The notes under the pieces: generated by a model | Told to the model about the DNA's origin: nothing | What the model saw: the letters and a program-made list of their open reading frames with translations, nothing else | The model's database searches: none | Program-made: the position numbers and the translations under genes | Source: Neoechinorhynchus agilis | Lineage: Eukaryota > Animalia > Acanthocephala | NCBI GenBank assembly: GCA_051530055.1 | Contig: CM121343.1 | Location: forward strand, 5,612,389-5,676,388 | Length of the DNA: 64,000 bases | Reading direction: 5' to 3' | Part shown: positions 61,591 through 64,000 of the stretch, piece by piece | How the letters are laid out: every line of letters begins with the position of its first letter | How positions within the stretch are numbered: position 1 is the first letter of the stretch

Positions 61591-62361
61591 TAATTGTCGA
61601 GAAATGAAGATTGATTGAATACATCAATCTTTTGTTTTAAACGTTTTGTAAGACCTCTATTCATACCTAATAATACGGATATATTCTATGTGCCATATAA
61701 AAGAACTCGACGAAGCTCTGAAATCGTTTTTGCTACTTTAAACGCAAATTAAATTTTGAGACGCCTTCGAAATGTTTAGCATGCGCAGTGTGCTACGCTG
61801 AAATGAAAAATTTAAGAACTACATTATTTATTCAGCACTCCTAGGCGCCTAATTGGAAAAACTAAGCAGCAGGGAAAGTTCCGCAGTTTAAATATCTAAC
61901 CAAAATGTAGGCACATTTGCACTGAATGGCAGATGGAATACTTTAAAGAATTAAAAGCTATTTGGAAATTCGCAGGGTTCTAATAAAAGGCGTTATGTAA
62001 ATCCATAAAGAAGTTCAATTTAACTCTTCTCATCTTCATACTTGATTAATGCTTTTTTATAAAAATTGGAAAAACATTAAATTTTGAATTTATGGTACGC
62101 GGCGACGAAAATATGCGCATTATGTTTTATTGAGCGAATTCCAGTTCCATAACAAAAATAATAAAATTTTAAAATTGTATTGCATCAGCAGAATTAATTT
62201 TTAGCAATGCTAAAATTATAGCAATATCAAACATGAACAAAAATTGAACTGTACGCCATGATCGTTAAAAATTATACTTTTGAACTGTTGTTCCTTTAAT
62301 GTTATTTTTGGTGAATGCTCTTGATATCAGACTTCAGTTCTCTTTAAAATACAGCGATCCG

Positions 62362-62970
62362 CCATTGCCATAGGAAATTTAATTTTGAAGTTTTGGCTTT
62401 GTTTGGTATGTAACTTATTGAAGTAATTTCCTCTTTTAGAAGTCCCTGCTGTAAAAAGCGTTCAAGCCAGAGGGTTTAATGGATATAAAATATTTTAGCG
62501 AGTGTCTAATAAGTCGAAAATTTCAAGATGCTACCAAAGTATTAATGCAATATTAAACGAATATGGTTTTACTACTATTTAAGAGGCAAACGGAGTTCGT
62601 TTCTACACGCAAATTAAATGGAACTTTACGGTGATCCCTTTTGAGGCGACGAAAAGGTATTTAAATGTTTCTCCATTGCCATAGGAAATTTAATTTTGAA
62701 GTTTTGGCTTTGTTTGGTATGTAACTTATTGAAGTAATTTCCCTCTTTTAGAAGTCCCTGCTATAAAAAGCGTTCAAGCCATAGGGTTTAATGGATATAA
62801 AATATTTTAGCGAGTGTCTAATAAGTCGAAAATTTCAAGATGCTACCAAAGTATTAATACAACATTAAACGAATATGGTTTTACTACTATTTAAGAGGCA
62901 AACGGAGTTCGTTTCTACACGCAAATTAAATGGAACTTTACGGTGATTCCTTTTGAGGCGACGAAAAGGT
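62362..62970. repeat. Tandem duplication, 311-bp period, two near-identical copies
   Basis: CCATTGCCATAGGAAATTT starts at 62362 and 62673, with few substitutions through GAGGCGACGAAAAGGT. Confidence 0.95.
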
Positions 62971-63142
62971 TTTTAGATGTTGGAATTGAACAAGTCTTAC
63001 AGAATCACGTAGACCTTTTGCTTAAAAGTCACACCGTTTTCTTTTTAGATGAACATTTTTGCAACTACGTGTTATGTTTTTCTTTGCTAAAAATGTGGAG
63101 CAAGTGTGTCGTTGGAAAGAAAAGGAGGACGCACAGCAAATT

Positions 63143-63953
63143 ATGGGGAATGCAAAATCAAGCAATCGTTTCATTAAAAAAGGCGAAATTACTGATGAAG
63201 GTATCCAACACTTGGTGGAACGCACTTCATTTCGTAAAGACGAGATAATTGATTGGTATAATAATCTACAATCGCAGAATGATATTGAGCCTTTTTCAAG
63301 GTTTAAAAAAATCACTCAGAACATTTCGAAGCGAGTCAGTCATGAGCCTGAAAACGATGATGTACTTGTTTTCATTTTTAACGCAATTTCAAAGAATCCG
63401 GATTTTGTTGAGATGGTTGATCTAGCTTATGGTTGGATCTGCGGCGACGATATTAACAAACTTTGCATAGCATTTCACTTGGTCACAACTTTTTAATGGT
63501 ACCTTCAATATGTTGCAGAAAATTCCTTTTAATAACTTTTTAAATCAACGTCAAGCAGCTTAGCTTTTCCTTTGCGTATCAATGGATGTTTGATGCTAAC
63601 CGTAGTGAGTCGAATAAAATCGATGAAATATCCATAATTCATAGCACTACTACAAATATTTGAGAAAACTTTTATGAAGTCCAAAGCAGGTTTTTTCAAC
63701 TTGCAACCGAGTAAAATGCTCAATTTTGTTTGATGCATGTGATTCAAACAAAAATGGCCAAATTGGAAAAAGTGCCATACAACGACTATTATCAGTGACC
63801 GATAAACATCATACGGAAAAGGGTTTATTTCTGAAAGCTAAAGAAATTCTAAGGCAAGCAGACAAAAATAACGATAAGCGTTTAACTCGTTCTGAATTTA
63901 TCAACGCTTGCATCCACAACGATACAATCAAGCATATGATAATGCCGAATTAA
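63143..63953 (+). CDS. Neuronal calcium sensor (recoverin/neurocalcin-like) EF-hand protein; the junction between the two halves is unresolved
   Basis: MGNAKS myristoylation-type start, TSFRKDEIIDWY, FKKI, KLCIAFHL, then DSNKNGQI and KEILRQADKNNDKRLTRSEFINAC. Confidence 0.65.
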
Positions 63954-64000
63954 TCGATATGCACCTTCAGAGGACACCAATAACAATCGGGAGAGTGCAA

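Overview
AT-rich eukaryotic (invertebrate-animal-like) genomic DNA. There are short GT-AG introns of 43-59 nt, and I found no rRNA, intact tRNA or CRISPR array. Recognisable genes: Flower/CACFD1, Angel, a RING-less TRAF, Rab6-like, CSDE1/UNR, an MRCK-type kinase in two separated ORFs, VPS13 (five very long exons) and an NCS-family EF-hand gene. Between them lie three short satellite arrays (143-168 bp units), a tRNA-derived SINE tandem, and retroelement debris (CRE-like, Penelope-like, RTE, CR1/L2-like). The main result is a set of hammerhead-ribozyme (HHR) motifs. (i) A dispersed repeat carries a complete HHR core whose three strands are in a non-circularly permuted order: GAAA strand, then CUGAUGA strand, then cleavage strand. 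It is intact at 20260-20323 (-), slightly decayed with identical spacing at 1880-1943 (+), and truncated near 12750. (ii) Three minimal Penelope-type HHRs occur at 11182-11223, 13498-13540 and 60158-60197, and two of them sit in head-to-head fold-back structures. All structures were paired by eye; no folding, alignment or database search was run, and ribozyme activity is a prediction.
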